Shown piece by piece: positions 44,002 to 54,589 of a stretch of 64,000 nucleotides of DNA. Below the pieces are notes generated by a model, which saw only the letters and a program-made list of their open reading frames with translations, was not told the origin of the DNA and searched no databases. The stretch spans positions 23,622,001 to 23,686,000 of the forward strand of contig OX638149.1 in NCBI GenBank assembly GCA_951804945.1, written 5' to 3'. The position numbers and the translations under genes are program-made. Each line of letters starts with the position of its first letter. Within the stretch, counting starts at the first letter, position 1. The DNA is from Podarcis cretensis (Eukaryota).

Positions 44002-44242
44002 ACTACTTTGCTTTCTGTCAGATCCTACAGGCTCAGGAACCACCAGAAGACCAGATGCAAATCCATTCCTTGCACCCCGGTCAGCAGCAGTCCCTCTCAT
44101 CACCCCAACGAATCTTGGAACTGGCGGATCAGGGCATCTGCTTATGAAACCCATTTCTGATGCTCTGCCTACTTTCACACCTTTGCCAGTAGCACCTGAT
44201 GCTAGTGCTGGGGCAGTACTAAAAGACCTGCTAAAGCAATAG
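10189..44242 (+). CDS. TRIP11: Thyroid hormone receptor interactor 11 / golgin GMAP-210, complete CDS, 20 exons, 5883 nt, 1960 aa
   Basis: N-terminal ALPS motif [16 protein letters not shown], long coiled coil, GRAB region ([31 protein letters not shown]), C-terminus ...[15 protein letters not shown]; all exons GT-AG and phase-compatible. Confidence 0.97.
10542..10636 (-). mobile_element. CR1 3' fragment
   Basis: CTAGAATCGTAGCGTTGGAAAGGGCCCC..., the reverse of the CR1 ATTCTRTG tail. Confidence 0.55.
10670..11146 (+). mobile_element. L1 3' fragment (ORF2 C-terminus, 3' UTR, A-rich tail)
   Basis: ORF 10745..11047 (LLAAARVIV...EEWYKEVW...FEEMWKVF) resembles the ORF2 C-terminus of the L1 at 49083 (TVAARLLIA...IEWLAKL...RDWKVF). 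Confidence 0.65.
13401..14066 (-). mobile_element. L2 LINE, 5'-truncated
   Basis: [13 protein letters not shown]...[11 protein letters not shown]...[21 protein letters not shown] (L2 ORF2 C-terminus), (TTA)n tail. Confidence 0.9.
14211..14287 (+). CDS. TRIP11: TRIP11 exon 2 (alternative in-frame acceptors give starts at 14220 or 14223)
   Basis: tttcag|GTTCTGCAGCAGAC...AGATCAGAG|gtaaaa; ...[10 protein letters not shown]. Confidence 0.85.
14427..14537 (+). CDS. TRIP11: TRIP11 exon 3
   Basis: ctttag|AATGAGAGG...AAAGAG|gtataa, 111 bp, [37 protein letters not shown]. Confidence 0.93.
14605..14709. repeat. Perfect 48-bp inverted repeat with a 9-nt spacer
   Basis: 14605-14652 is the exact reverse complement of 14662-14709; preceded by (ATTG)6 at 14581-14604. 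Confidence 0.95.
15259..15499. mobile_element. Tigger/pogo-like MITE
   Basis: CAGTCATACCTTGGGTTGCGAACG...CGTTCGTAACCCGAGGTATGACTG|TA TIRs. Confidence 0.8.
15732..16010 (+). CDS. TRIP11: TRIP11 exon 4
   Basis: ttttag|GTGGAGATC...GCACAG|gtggat, 279 bp, [10 protein letters not shown]...[36 protein letters not shown]. Confidence 0.93.
16803..16906 (-). mobile_element. CR1 3' fragment
   Basis: ATCATAGAATGGTAGAGTTGGAAGGGACCCC... Confidence 0.7.
17140..17360 (-). mobile_element. L2-type 3' end with long (ATT)n tail
   Basis: (AAT)17 then AAAAACGTCCCTAAACAGGGCTGCCCTCACATGTCTTCTAAAA. Confidence 0.7.
17517..17585 (+). CDS. TRIP11: TRIP11 exon 5
   Basis: atttag|TTTTCC...ATCAAG|gtaaga, 69 bp, [23 protein letters not shown]. 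Confidence 0.9.
17974..18139 (+). CDS. TRIP11: TRIP11 exon 6
   Basis: ttttag|GAGCTA...CAGAAAG|gtcttg, 166 bp, [28 protein letters not shown]... Confidence 0.92.
19357..19393. repeat. (TA)n microsatellite
   Basis: Directly visible. Confidence 0.9.
19586..20063 (+). mobile_element. 5'-truncated, 5'-inverted L1-type insertion
   Basis: 19-bp TSD AAAGA(A/T)AGGCAGACAAGTT at 19567-19585 and 20064-20082; + strand AATAAA and poly(A) tail; left ~370 bp is antisense L1-like ORF2 end ([14 protein letters not shown]) and 3' UTR. Confidence 0.7.
20219..20560 (+). CDS. TRIP11: TRIP11 exon 7
   Basis: ttatag|TTGGTGCA...CTTCTTG|gtatga, 342 bp, coiled coil ending [10 protein letters not shown]. Confidence 0.88.
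20838..21367. mobile_element. Tc1/mariner Tc2-like MITE with a GC-rich palindromic interior
   Basis: TA|CCGTATTTTTCACCCTATAAGGCGCAC...GTGCGTCCTATAGGGCGAAAAATACGG|TA. Confidence 0.85.
21645..21685 (+). CDS. TRIP11: TRIP11 exon 8
   Basis: ttacag|ATGCAGAAAATG...AATCAG|gtaaac, 41 bp, [14 protein letters not shown]. Confidence 0.9.
22227..22486. mobile_element. Tc2-like MITE, opposite orientation to the 20838 copy
   Basis: TA|CCGTATTTTTCGCCCTATAGGAC...GGGATGAAAAATACGG|TA. Confidence 0.85.
22698..22904 (+). CDS. TRIP11: TRIP11 exon (human exon 10 equivalent)
   Basis: attaag|GAAGGG...ACTCAG|gtaata, 207 bp, ...[31 protein letters not shown]. Confidence 0.88.
23380..26433 (+). CDS. TRIP11: TRIP11 giant coiled-coil exon (human exon 11 equivalent), 3054 bp
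   Basis: ttttag|CATATGATT...GAGCAG|gtacgt; accounts for the 1039-aa ORF 23383..26502. Confidence 0.97.
26982..27122 (+). CDS. TRIP11: TRIP11 exon 12 equivalent
   Basis: tggaag|GGGAAAGCA...AATGAG|gtatgc, 141 bp, [19 protein letters not shown]... Confidence 0.92.
27421..27614 (+). CDS. TRIP11: TRIP11 exon 13 equivalent
   Basis: acacag|ATACAG...GCCAG|gtaata, 194 bp, ...[13 protein letters not shown]... Confidence 0.92.
28591..28816. mobile_element. Tigger/pogo-like MITE
   Basis: TA|CAGTGGTACCTCAGGTTA...TAACCCGAGGTACCACTG|TA. Confidence 0.88.
29221..29571 (-). mobile_element. Sauria SINE, full length
   Basis: Head GGGACGCGGGTGGCGCTGTGG, ACCTTT tail, TSD AT(A/C)ATTTATTTAATA at 29206-29220 and 29572-29586. 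Confidence 0.92.
29949..30112 (+). CDS. TRIP11: TRIP11 exon 14 equivalent
   Basis: ttcaag|CCACCAG...CAGCAAG|gtaagt, 164 bp, [14 protein letters not shown]...[13 protein letters not shown]. Confidence 0.92.
30248..30282. repeat. (CA)n(TA)n microsatellite just upstream of the exon 15 acceptor
   Basis: Directly visible. Confidence 0.9.
30314..30417 (+). CDS. TRIP11: TRIP11 exon 15 equivalent
   Basis: ttttag|AAGAGAAAGCT...TTGCAG|gtaatg, 104 bp, [10 protein letters not shown]... Confidence 0.92.
31084..31183 (+). CDS. TRIP11: TRIP11 exon 16 equivalent
   Basis: ttacag|GAAAAC...AAACAAG|gtaaca, 100 bp, [33 protein letters not shown]. Confidence 0.92.
31851..33381 (+). mobile_element. Bov-B (RTE) LINE: degenerate RT with an inverted 5'-UTR segment
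   Basis: ORFs [13 protein letters not shown]...[14 protein letters not shown]...[13 protein letters not shown]; YADD mutated to YADG; frameshifts and stops; (CAA)n tail; 31851-32048 is an antisense RTE 5' end. Confidence 0.92.
37320..37515 (-). mobile_element. Old CORE/MIR-like SINE
   Basis: CATCCCTGTGATGTAGGTTGGGCTGAAAGAG...GATTTAAACTTGAATCTCC...CTAGTCTGA pattern. Confidence 0.5.
38849..39213 (-). mobile_element. Young Sauria SINE, full length
   Basis: 11-bp TSD TGTGACAGGTA at 38838-38848 and 39214-39224; (ACCTTT)n tail; CpGs intact. Confidence 0.95.
39640..39721 (+). CDS. TRIP11: TRIP11 exon 17 equivalent
   Basis: ccgtag|GTGAACTC...GTTGACAA|gtgagt, 82 bp, [26 protein letters not shown]; missed by the ORF track. 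Confidence 0.92.
40175..40338. mobile_element. hAT MITE (164 bp)
   Basis: TIR CAGTGGCGTAGCGTGGG, 8-bp TSD GCTCCACC on both sides, internal 22-bp repeat. Confidence 0.92.
40427..40473. repeat. (CCCT)n microsatellite
   Basis: Directly visible. Confidence 0.9.
41385..41499 (+). CDS. TRIP11: TRIP11 exon 18 equivalent (GRAB domain)
   Basis: tggcag|AGTCTTG...GAACAG|gtagtt, 115 bp. Confidence 0.93.
41892..42028 (-). mobile_element. CR1 3' fragment
   Basis: TAGAATCATAGAATCATAGAGTTGGAAGAGACC... Confidence 0.8.
42099..42224 (+). CDS. TRIP11: TRIP11 exon 19 equivalent
   Basis: ctctag|TTGCTG...AACAGT|gtaagt, 126 bp, ...[27 protein letters not shown]... Confidence 0.93.
42492..42636 (+). CDS. TRIP11: TRIP11 exon 20 equivalent (GA1 motif)
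   Basis: gttcag|TCTTTC...ATTGCAG|gtagtg, 145 bp, [14 protein letters not shown]... Confidence 0.93.
44022..44242 (+). CDS. TRIP11: TRIP11 last coding exon
   Basis: tgtcag|ATCCTACA...AAGCAATAG, 221 bp, [14 protein letters not shown]...VLKDLLKQ*. Confidence 0.94.
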
Positions 44243-46685
44243 AGAATTCTGGGTCCAAGGATGGCAACGATAGAAGCACTTTAAGGAGAAAGGAAAAAAA
44301 AACCCTGAGTTTATATAATATACCGCAAAGAGGCCTTTTGTAAAAAGTTGTTTGTTTGTTCATTTTCAATTGCTTGTAAGTTGCTTTGTGTGTCTTTCTC
44401 TTTGCCCCTTAAAAAGTGAAGTTTGGAACTAATCCAGCAATGTTTGGATGTTGTAACCATCACAGGAAAAACAGCCCTTCCTATTACTAGTTTGCCGAGT
44501 TAACTTTCAAATTGAAAAAGCTGATCTACATGTGAAATAACAGGTTAGCATTGCAGAACTTAACAAATCAGTTCTAGGCTTTCCAACCATGTATGCCGTT
44601 TCTTTCTTTGACAAATGAGGTGTTACATAGAGTGCCTTTATATAAAAAGGACACAACCTCTCTAAAAAGGGCTGCAAGCACATTAGGAATCCAGCTCAGT
44701 GTCAGGATTCAGACAGCATCCAGGATGCATCTGGTCCATTTAAGTATCACTTCACTGATTCCAGCCAACGCCTTCTGGAGCCTAGAATGATGGGGAAACA
44801 AATGCAATCTGCTGTTTGTTTTGAGGGAGCCTGGGGCCATATGTTCCCAGTCCTTGAACTGATGTTCAGATACTGAGCCCAGTCGTGGCATTTCAGTCTG
44901 GAAAAGCCTTCCCTTCACAAAGTGGGAGGAAACTTGCTTTGAATTATCCAGTGTTGTATTGATCTAGAATGTATTCATATGGTCAAGTATCCTCTCTTGA
45001 GCCAGAATGGGTTGTACTGCAACACGATCCTCTGAAAGGATAAAGTACAAGTAGGAGGTTTCCAAAATAAATGGCATCAGCTGACCAAGTCAATTTTTTA
45101 GGAAGGATGGAGAAAACAGGATCATAATTGTGTTGACCAAAAATTCAGCATAATCCAAAGCCAATTTATTTGAATATGGAGGATGGGCTGGTATCTGTGA
45201 AAGAAGTTGCTTTTGTTAAAGTTCTCTTAGAATTCATAGTTGCAGGTTTTTGTTTTGTGTGCAAGAACATTCACACCCCATAAATGTTATTAATGGGTAA
45301 CACCTCAGTTGGAGTTTCTTAGCTCCTAGTAGCTACATAGAACAATGAAAACTCAAAACTAACCAGCAATAAGGAGTTTGTGGACATTTTTCATTTATTT
45401 TTTGTTGCCTATCAACATTTAGTGACTGACCACTAATAAGCAACCTGATATTCCCTATGTATATTCATGGTGTGTGTGGTTGAAATATGCAATACTTTAA
45501 TGGTTCAAAATGTATATTTAAGAAATGCTTGCTTATACTTACAGAATTGATTGACGATTCCAAGTATGAACGTATGTATAAAGCTTAAAAGGAAGATGCT
45601 TATTCCAAATATGTGTAAATAGGTCTACGTAAGAACTAGTAGAATTCTGTAAATTTTGCTGCACAGTCTTGCACAGTTTATATTGAGTGTGTCAGTGTAT
45701 TGACACATGTAATGAAAGGGGTTCCTGCCACCTTGGAAAAATGAGTTGAGACACAACATCTGTTTAAAGTGTCATTTTTTTTCTATAAAACTTGAGTTTT
45801 CTGCCATTGTTAATAATATAATTGGTAAGGTATTTTGTGTAAGTTCTATATTAGAACTCACAGCCTTTTCTCCTGTGTATCTTAGTTTTTGCCCTGTAGT
45901 TTGAACTGTAAGTATAGGCTGAATCATGGATATTTAGTTGCCTGGAAGCTGCCAAATCAATGAATCACAAAGCCTTTTCTTTATATTTATTGATAGCATT
46001 CTAAATCCATATAGGTGACTCTCTGTCAAGGTTTCATGAGTTTATATGCATAATGAAGTGTTACATTTTGACATTTCATATCCCCAACATTCTTCATTGA
46101 CTCTGTTTTTGTAGATTGGGGTTTTTGCAAATAAGGCAAACATAGGTTAGGGATTGGAAGTGTATGAACTTTTAATCTATAAACTTCCAAATGGTTTCTT
46201 CACACAACTTAATGTTAAGTTTATAGGCCACTTGAAACATTGCTTTCCTTGAAAAACCAACTTTATAGAATGGCTATAATTTTTCCAATGGACTATAAAG
46301 AAAACTTAAAATATGTGTTGTGTGCCTTCTTTCTGTCGCATACGTTTTATATCTGTGTGGTTGCTTTAGCATACAGTTCTTAAAATTGCTTACTGTTAAT
46401 GATGCAACAAATGAAACTAAGCAGACATAAGAACAGAGGAAGTTTGACATCACGGTGGATTTTGCATTTGTATGTCAGTACTTCTTGCCATGGTTGTGTG
46501 ATTTCATATTCATGCAGTGCAATGTACTGAATTGGGCACAAAATTCAACATTTTGGTAATGTCAGCTTTCCTTTTTATTTCTTAAGTTTTTTGTCATCAT
46601 TACAAAACCGGACAATAGCTCAGAATGTGATGAGAATGTGGGATTTTTCTCCTCAATTATTAAATGAATCAGAATGTATTATAAT
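44243..46685 (+). other. TRIP11: Putative TRIP11 3' UTR
   Basis: Repeat-poor, U-rich sequence; AATAAA 45066-45071 and ATTAAA 46659-46664; end uncertain. Confidence 0.45.
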
Positions 46686-49600
46686 GGAAGTTTCATAATT
46701 TATGCAGGTTGGAAAAACCACTGTTCCTTGACATAGGATTTGATGCCTCCACCCCATTCCTCTCCCCGTTCCAGCACAGAGTGCATTATAGCATGCAAAA
46801 TACCCTGTTCTATTAGAATACTTCCAATAAGAATGTAGGAGATAAGTGAAATTTTGTAAAGAAAACTTCTTTTATTCTTGCCTGAAGAAAACCTGAAAAC
46901 CGTGCAACTGCCTTGGCTCAAGTAGTTTGATAAAATATTTTTGTCTTGTGCACATGGCTATTTGTGCTAGAATGTGGGTGCATATCAGAAATGCACATCT
47001 GATTAAGAGTGAAGCAGGACAGATAATAACGTATTGCACGTGGATACATGGCCATGGGTGTCAGTTGGATACACATTTGAATCAGTATGTAGACACTTTT
47101 TCACACCTGTCAACTGTGTGTGCATTAGGCACATCCATAGTTTGCCACAAGTAATCGCAAATAATTATGAACAACAGGAGCTGGATCAGGTTGTATATCT
47201 GAGTCAACTTTGATGTGGCCTCATTTCAAGATCAATGGGTGAATATTGTAGTAACAGTTACCAATGAATGGTAGATTTTTGCATTAAGTATCTGCAGACT
47301 TGGCAAAAACTGAAAGGTAACACAGCCTTATGCAGTAAAAATGTCAGTAAGAGCACCCCAACTGTTAATATCAGATTGATCATCTTGAAGATATGGTAAG
47401 ATCATATCTAGGACTACATCAGCATGAGGTGAATTTTGCAATTTGTTGGTCTACATAGTGTATAAATGATAATTTAAAGGCAAAGCCACACACACTTAGT
47501 TCGAAATGGCCTTAGTGAATTAGGCTAATCAGAACGTGAGTTTAGTAACTTGCTACAAAGTCCTTAAAGATGTTTGTCTCATATGCATGCCATGCAGATG
47601 AACTAGTGCAGTGAAAGTAATTGCACATTCTTATTTTGCCAGTGGCATTGATAAACTGTTTAGCTGTATAAACTAGGTTGCACTTGCTTGTGAAAAGTAT
47701 TTCCCTGGTACTGTTGCAAATTAATACTGTTCTAAGTGGAAGTTTGGGGAACACTTCTTCTCTTCGCTTCATTGTGTTTACATTAGTGATCACTGGATCT
47801 AGTCTTCCATCCACAAGTCATTGTTCAGTTTCATTACTCAATGGCTTATGCAGGTACCAGTTCACAAAACTGCTGTGTATGAAGGATGGAGAGAAAGACC
47901 CTCAAATCTAGGGGTGTACCAAGTTATGTGCCAGGCAGCAGCATTCTAAAAATGCACATGAATACAAAATGGTTTCAAGGCTCTAAAACTGCAGATAAGA
48001 TTATTGAAGTTCATTCTGTGGAGAAAGTTCGCAGACTCCTATTTCTCTCCTACCTAAAATATTAAAAATGTGTCATGATCCCTTTTCATTCCTTTCAACT
48101 GAAGGAGTGCACAAAGGCTATAAACCTCTGGCAGAATGGTAAAAGGGCTGGTCTTCTAGTCACTTTGTGAATTTTATTAAACTATATACATGTTTAGTGA
48201 TAAATTAAAGGGGCAGGGAAAGAGGTCAGTTGGTACTTGATACTTGATAGCAGGAGGGAAAGATAAAGGGGTTGGGGGAATAGAAGATGAGTTTGGGACA
48301 AAACTGTTGACCAACAGATACAGAATTATATTTGCCTTGTTCAAAGCAGGCATCCTCTTGTTGCATTATAATGTAGTTTGCAAAGGAATTATTTTTAAAA
48401 AAATACCTATTTGAAAATTCATGAAAATGAAGAAGGTGGCTTCAACAAAGGCTATGAAGTCGAACAGTGTTAAAATTTTCACCCACCCAAATGGTTAAAA
48501 ACCAGGTGCTCTTTAGTGTAGTAAAACCTCTTCAGCAACACAGTTCTGGACTGGAGGGCTCAAGAGGAACAAAAGGTGGTTGTGAATTGCATATCATCCC
48601 AACCTTTCACAGATAAAAATATGAATTCCTTGTGTATTTTCAACACCCCTGTTCCCATACTGATGATTGTACCTGTCTTATCTGCTGCATGTTGAATTAA
48701 TCTACTCTGCAGTAGCTCCTCTGATTTAAAAGCAGAGGGCATCTGGTACAAAAAGTATTCCTTTTTTTAAAAAACAAGTTTTTATTGTTAAGATAATTCA
48801 TCATTAATACACATATATTACAAATATACAAACATACATTTCACACAATCCTTAAAAGTGTTCAAACATACTTACACTCAATCCCACAAATAATTCCTTT
48901 TCCCATCACCATCCACCACCCTCACCCCACCTTGGTGTTGGACTTCCAATCTACTCAATTGCAATTTCTTTCCACTTCTATTACTTTCTTTCACACACCT
49001 TTAACCTAATTTCATACTTCTTTTTCTATTACACATTGTTATCCATCTTATTTAGTATTTCAGTATTTGAAATGGAACTTGTTTATTCTAATAGGAGTTC
49101 TGATTTTTCGATATGGTTTTGCAAGTATCTTTTAAACACTTTCCAGTCCCTATCTATCGTCTCTTTTGAGATCCTTCCAATTTCTCCCATTGTTTTGGAT
49201 ATATTGTAGTACTCCAATAATTTGGCAAGCCACTCTATTTTTGTCGGTACAATACCACTTTTCCAATTTTTCGCAATCAATAGCCTTGCGGCTACTGTTG
49301 CGTATAAATATAAGGTCTTGTCTTCTTCCTTTAGGCTTCCTGGTACTATTCCCAATAGAAAACCTTCTCTTGTTTTCCTAAATGAATATGTGAACTTTTT
49401 TTTCATTTCGCTATATATTGTTTCCCAAAATTGTTTGATGTTTAAACAATTCCACCATATATGTATCATAGTAGCTTTTCCAGTGTTGCATCGCCAGCAG
49501 ACATCGCTACAATTTTTATTCATTTTTGCTGTTCTTTCAGGCGTTAAATACCATCTATGTTGTATTTTGAGGTAATTTTCTTTCAATATATAACACATGG

Positions 49601-50369
49601 TGAATTTCATATCTTCTTTCCACAATTTTTCCCATTGTTCAGACATAATATTTTTCCCAATATTTTGTGCCCATTTAATCATGGATGCTTTAACCAATTC
49701 ATCCTTTGTTTCCTACTCTAAGATCAGATTATACAATTTAGATATATTTTTTTATTTTTCTTGTATTAAGTATTTATCGAATTTTGATATTTCTTTTTCA
49801 AATCCTAACTTTTTGTCTTTCGCTAATCTATATTTAATTTGAATATATTGGAACCAATCACTAATATGAGCTTTAATTTCTGTATAATCCTTTAATTCCA
49901 ATTCTCCGTTTTCTTCCTTTAATACAATTTTATAGGTAGCCCAATTTTCTTTCATATTTAATTTTTTTTACTGTGACAATTTCTGCCGGTGATGCCCACC
50001 AGGGAGTTTTTGGTTCTAGGAGTCTTTTATATTTCTCCCATATTTTATATATAGACTTTCTGACTATATGCCCTAGGAAGCCTTTATATACTTTGACTTT
50101 TTCATCTATTAGATAGGCATGCCATCCAAATCTCGTCTCTACTCCCTCTAAATCCAATACATCCGAGTCATCTAATTTGATCCATTCTTTTAGCCAGGTC
50201 AGACTCACCACATCATGATATAACTCCATGTCAGGGAGGCCAAATCCTCCTCTCTCCTTATCTATCATTATTTTGTGTTTTATTCTTGGCTTTCCCCCTG
50301 ACCATACGAATTTAGCCAAATCTCTTTTCCAATTATTAAAACATTTATCTCCTCCTAGTATTGGGATAC

Positions 50370-50733
50370 GGGACGCAGGTGGCGCTGTGGGTTAAAGCCT
50401 CAGCGCCTAGGACTTGCCGATCGAAAGGTCGGCGGTTCGAATCCCTGCGGCGGGGTGCGCTCCCGCTGCTCGGTCCCAGCGCCTGCCAACCTAGCAGTTC
50501 GAAAGCACCTCCGGGTGCAAGTAGATAAATAGGGACCGCTTACCAGCGGGAAGGTAAACGGCGTTTCCGTGTGCGGCTCTGGCTCGCCAGAGCAGCGATG
50601 TCACGCTGGCCACGTGACCCGGAAGTGTCTCCGGACAGCGCTGGCCCCTGGCCTCTTGAGTGAGATGGGCGCACAACCCCAGAGTCTGTCAAGACTGGCC
50701 CGTATGGGCAGGGGTACCTTTACCTTTACCTTT
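50370..50733 (+). mobile_element. Young Sauria SINE inserted in L1 ORF2
   Basis: Perfect 14-bp TSD TAGTATTGGGATAC at 50356-50369 and 50734-50747; (ACCTTT)3 tail. Confidence 0.96.
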
Positions 50734-53183
50734 TAGTATTGGGATACTTTGAAATAAAAACATCATCCTTGGTAATATGTTCATCTTTATTACCGATATT
50801 TTCCCTAGTAAGGAAAGATTTAATTTCCCCCATACTTGCAAATCATTTTTTATTTCATTCCATGTTTTCCCAAAGTTCTCATTACTTAAATCTATAGTGT
50901 TTGTTGTTAAATTTATTCCAAGATACCTTATTTTCTTTTTAATTTCCAATCCTGTAATTTCTTGTAATTTCACTTTATCTTTTTCTTCCATATTTTTCAC
51001 TAATATTTTGGTTTTCCCATAGTTTAATTTGAATCCTGCTAACCTGCCATATTCGTTTATGCATTCCAATATTCTAGGTGTACATTGTAGGGGATTTTCT
51101 GTTGTGATCATAACATCATCTGCAAAGGCTCTTAACTTGTATCTTTTTTCACCAACTGCTATTCCTCTTATTTGGTTGTCCTGCCTTATATTTTTTAATA
51201 GAACCTCTAATACTATTATAAATAACATTGGGGATAGGGGGCATCCTTGTGTTGTACCTTTAAAGATGTTGATTTCTTCTCCAAACTCTCCATTAATAAT
51301 AATTTTTGCTTTCTGTTGCTTATATATTGCATTTATACCTTTTTGGAATTTTTCACCTAGACACAATTCTTTTAATAGTTTTTTCATAAATTCCCATGAG
51401 ATTTTATCAAAAGCCTCCGCATCGATTGAAATCAGGGCTGCTTGTTTATCTCTTCTTACTTGTAGATATTCCATTATGTCGATTATATTTCTAATATTAT
51501 CCTTTATTTGTCTACCTTCCACAAATCCAGCCTGATTGTTATGTACTATTTTTCCTATAATTTTTTTCAACCTGTTAGCCAATAATCCTGCATAAATTTT
51601 ATAATCCGAATTTAACAATGAAATGGGTCTATAATTTGAGACAGATTCCAAATCCATACCTTGTTTTGGCAGGAGCGTTATATACGCTTGAGTCCAAGAG
51701 TCTGGAATATTCCCCTTCTCTACTGCTTCCTCTATTACTTCTTTTAGTGGGTCGATTAATTCATTTAACATTTCTTTGTAGTATTCTGCTGGTATGCCAT
51801 CTGGACCTGGGGATTTCCCTATTTTTAATTTTTGAATTGATTCCTTAATTTCTACAGTTGATATTGGTTCATTTAATAATTTATGGTCTTCTTCTGCTAT
51901 CTCTATCAATTTATTTTTCTTTATATATTCCTCTATTTCTTCAATTGGCACTTCATCTTTTTGATATAATTTTTTGTAATATTTTTCAAATTCTTTTTTA
52001 ATTTCTGTCATATCACTTATTGTCCTCTCTTGTACTTTTATTTTATTTATTAATTTTTCATTTCTTTGTTTCTTTAATTGCCAGGCAAGGATCTTGCCTG
52101 GTTTATTTGCCCTTTCAAAATTTTTATATTTCCAAAATTTGATTTGTTGTTCTACCTCCTGTTCTATAATTTTATTATATTCTACGCTCAGTAATTTAAT
52201 TTCTTGATTTAATCTCTATTTTTGCTTGCATAGGCCAATTTTCCTTCCTTTTAATTTCTTCTAAAAGCTCCCTTTTTTTTCCTTTTTATATGCTATTGAG
52301 TTTTGTTGTATGAAATACCCCCTAAAAACTGCCTTCCCAGCATCCCACACTGTTTTAGCATCTGTCCCTTTCCTCCAATTATTTTCAAAATATTCCTTCA
52401 TCAACTTTCTGGCTCCTTGTATTACTTTTTGGTTTTTTAATAAGAAAACATTCATTCTCCACCTTTTTTCCCTTTCTCGTCTTTTCCTTTAAGAGTTAAT
52501 GATACTGGATTGTGATCTGTAAGTGTTTTTGGTAATATTTTGGCATTCTCTGCTTCAATTGTCATATCCTTAGTAATCCATATACTGTCAATTCGACTAT
52601 ACACATTTTTTGGTTCTGAGAAATATGTGAACTCCTTTTCGACAGGATATTTATATCTCCATACATCCACTAAATCAAAAATGTTTACCATTTCCACAAA
52701 GCTTTTTGGCAGCTTCCCTTCATTTCCCTCCCTCTTCTTCTGCGATCTATCCAGTTCTGGTTCCATTACTCCATTTAAATCCCCTAACACAATAATTCTC
52801 ATATCTATATATTCCATTAATAATGATCTTACTTTAACATAGAATTCTGATTTTCTTTTATTTGATCCATAGATTCCCGCTACCACAATTTGTTCCCCCT
52901 CTAGTGATATTTTGACTATTACAATCCTCCCCTCTTTATCTTCATATAACAATTCTGGTTCATATTTGCTTTTAACATACATTACAACCCCCCTCTTTTT
53001 TCTTACATCAGATGCGATGAATTCTTCCTCTAACTTTGGTTTTACCAATAGTCTTTTATGCTTAGTATTGATGTGGGTTTCTTGTAAACAAGCAAGGTCC
53101 CACTTCTGCCTCTCTAAAAACGTTCTATTTTCTGCCTCTTCCTCCTATTATTTACACCATTTACGTTCCAAGATAACAATTTA

Positions 53184-53442
53184 CTGTATTTTTTGCTCTA
53201 TAAGACTCACTTTTTCCCTCTTAAAAAGTAAGGGGAAATGTGTGTGCATCTTATAGAGTGAATGCAGGATGCGCAGCTATCCCAGAAGCCAGAAGGGCAA
53301 GAGGGATTGCTGCTTTCACTGTGCAGCGATCCCTCTTGCTGTTCTGGCTTCTGAGATTCAGAATATTTTTTTTCTTGTTTTCCTCCTCCAAAAACTAGGT
53401 GCGTCTTGTGGTCTGGTGCGTCTTATAGAGCGAAAAATACGG
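53184..53442. mobile_element. Tc2-like MITE inserted at the start of L1 ORF2
   Basis: TA|CTGTATTTTTTGCTCTATAAGAC...GTCTTATAGAGCGAAAAATACGG|TA. Confidence 0.88.
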
Positions 53443-53725
53443 TAAATTTCATTCTTTATTAGTTAAAAAATTATAAAGTTAGTGGAAAGAGTTTAAATTA
53501 TCTGCAGTCGTAAAGGAGAATGGTTTTGTAATAGTTATTGGTCTGATTATTTACCACTGGCGTAGTTCTTTATCCTTCCACCCTTTGCTGAGCTCTTTCT
53601 TCTTCTTCCGCCTCATCCAATAGCTCTCCCTTTCTTCCTTCCTCATTTCTTCCTACGCTTTGTCCTCCTCCTAATTCTCCTCAATACTTCCTCCAAAACA
53701 TATCTGCTTCCTCAAATGTCTCAAA

Positions 53726-54589
53726 TCATCTTCTTTTTCCTTTGAAGATGAAGGAAATCCCCACTGGGTATTCCCATCTGAAGGATATTGATTTGGCCTT
53801 TAGTGCTTTTGTTAGAAATTGGAATTGCTGTCTCTTTTTTATCAGCCTGGGTGGGACCTCCCATAAAATTATTATTTCCTTTCCATCTATGGTTAATTTG
53901 TTCTTACTCTTTGCTTGGAGGATCTTATCTTTCATCCAATTCGATGTGAATACAATGATGCAGTCTGCCAGCCATTTGTTCATTTTTACTTTCCTTGAGT
54001 TCACTCTGAAGATTTTCTCTGTTCTATTATGTCTTTTTCCTGTAAATGTAGCCACCTTGCTAAGGTTTCAGTCATCTTCCAAATATCCTCCTTCTCCTCT
54101 TCTGGAACATTTCTGAATCTCAAGGTCTTCTCTTTAATCTGCATCTGCATCATTGCTAGCGCATCCCCAGTAGCTTCCTGGATTGCTTTTTGTTCTTCCA
54201 TCTCCTTTTTCGATTTGTCCATTTCATTTCTTTTCTTTGTTCCCTTTGTTCTTTGCTAATTTTCTTCACCATCTCTTCCATTTGTTGATTTTTATTCTTA
54301 ATTTCTTGTACTTTCTTATCTGTCTCCTTCATTCCTTCTAAGACTTCTGTTAATTTTTCCTTTATTTCTTCATTTTCTTTTTCATTTTTTTCATTGTGTT
54401 TTCTAATTTTTCTAATTTCCCATCAATTGTATTGATTTTTTCTTCCAACTCTCTTCTCAATCCTCCTAGGTCCAATTTCAAACTAATAATTACCTCCCTC
54501 AAATCCATTTCTTCAAGGCCTGAGTTTCTTCTTAATTGTTGCTGTTGACTTCCAGTTCCAGTCATCTGTTTTTTAATTGCATGAGACAT
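53726..54589 (-). pseudogene. L1 ORF1, frameshifted
   Basis: Three consecutive ORF fragments with coiled-coil, RRM-like and CTD-like segments. Confidence 0.8.

Larger units (their letters stand above)
49083..53452 (-). pseudogene. L1 ORF2 (APE endonuclease + reverse transcriptase), disrupted
   Basis: Start MKFKLLSWNVNG once the MITE is removed; several frameshifts; SINE insertion at 50370. Confidence 0.9.

Noticed and set aside
50370-50450. tRNA-like A/B boxes (also at ~6800-6878, ~29490-29571, ~39130-39213)
   Set aside because: They are SINE heads followed by SINE bodies and tails, not tRNA genes.
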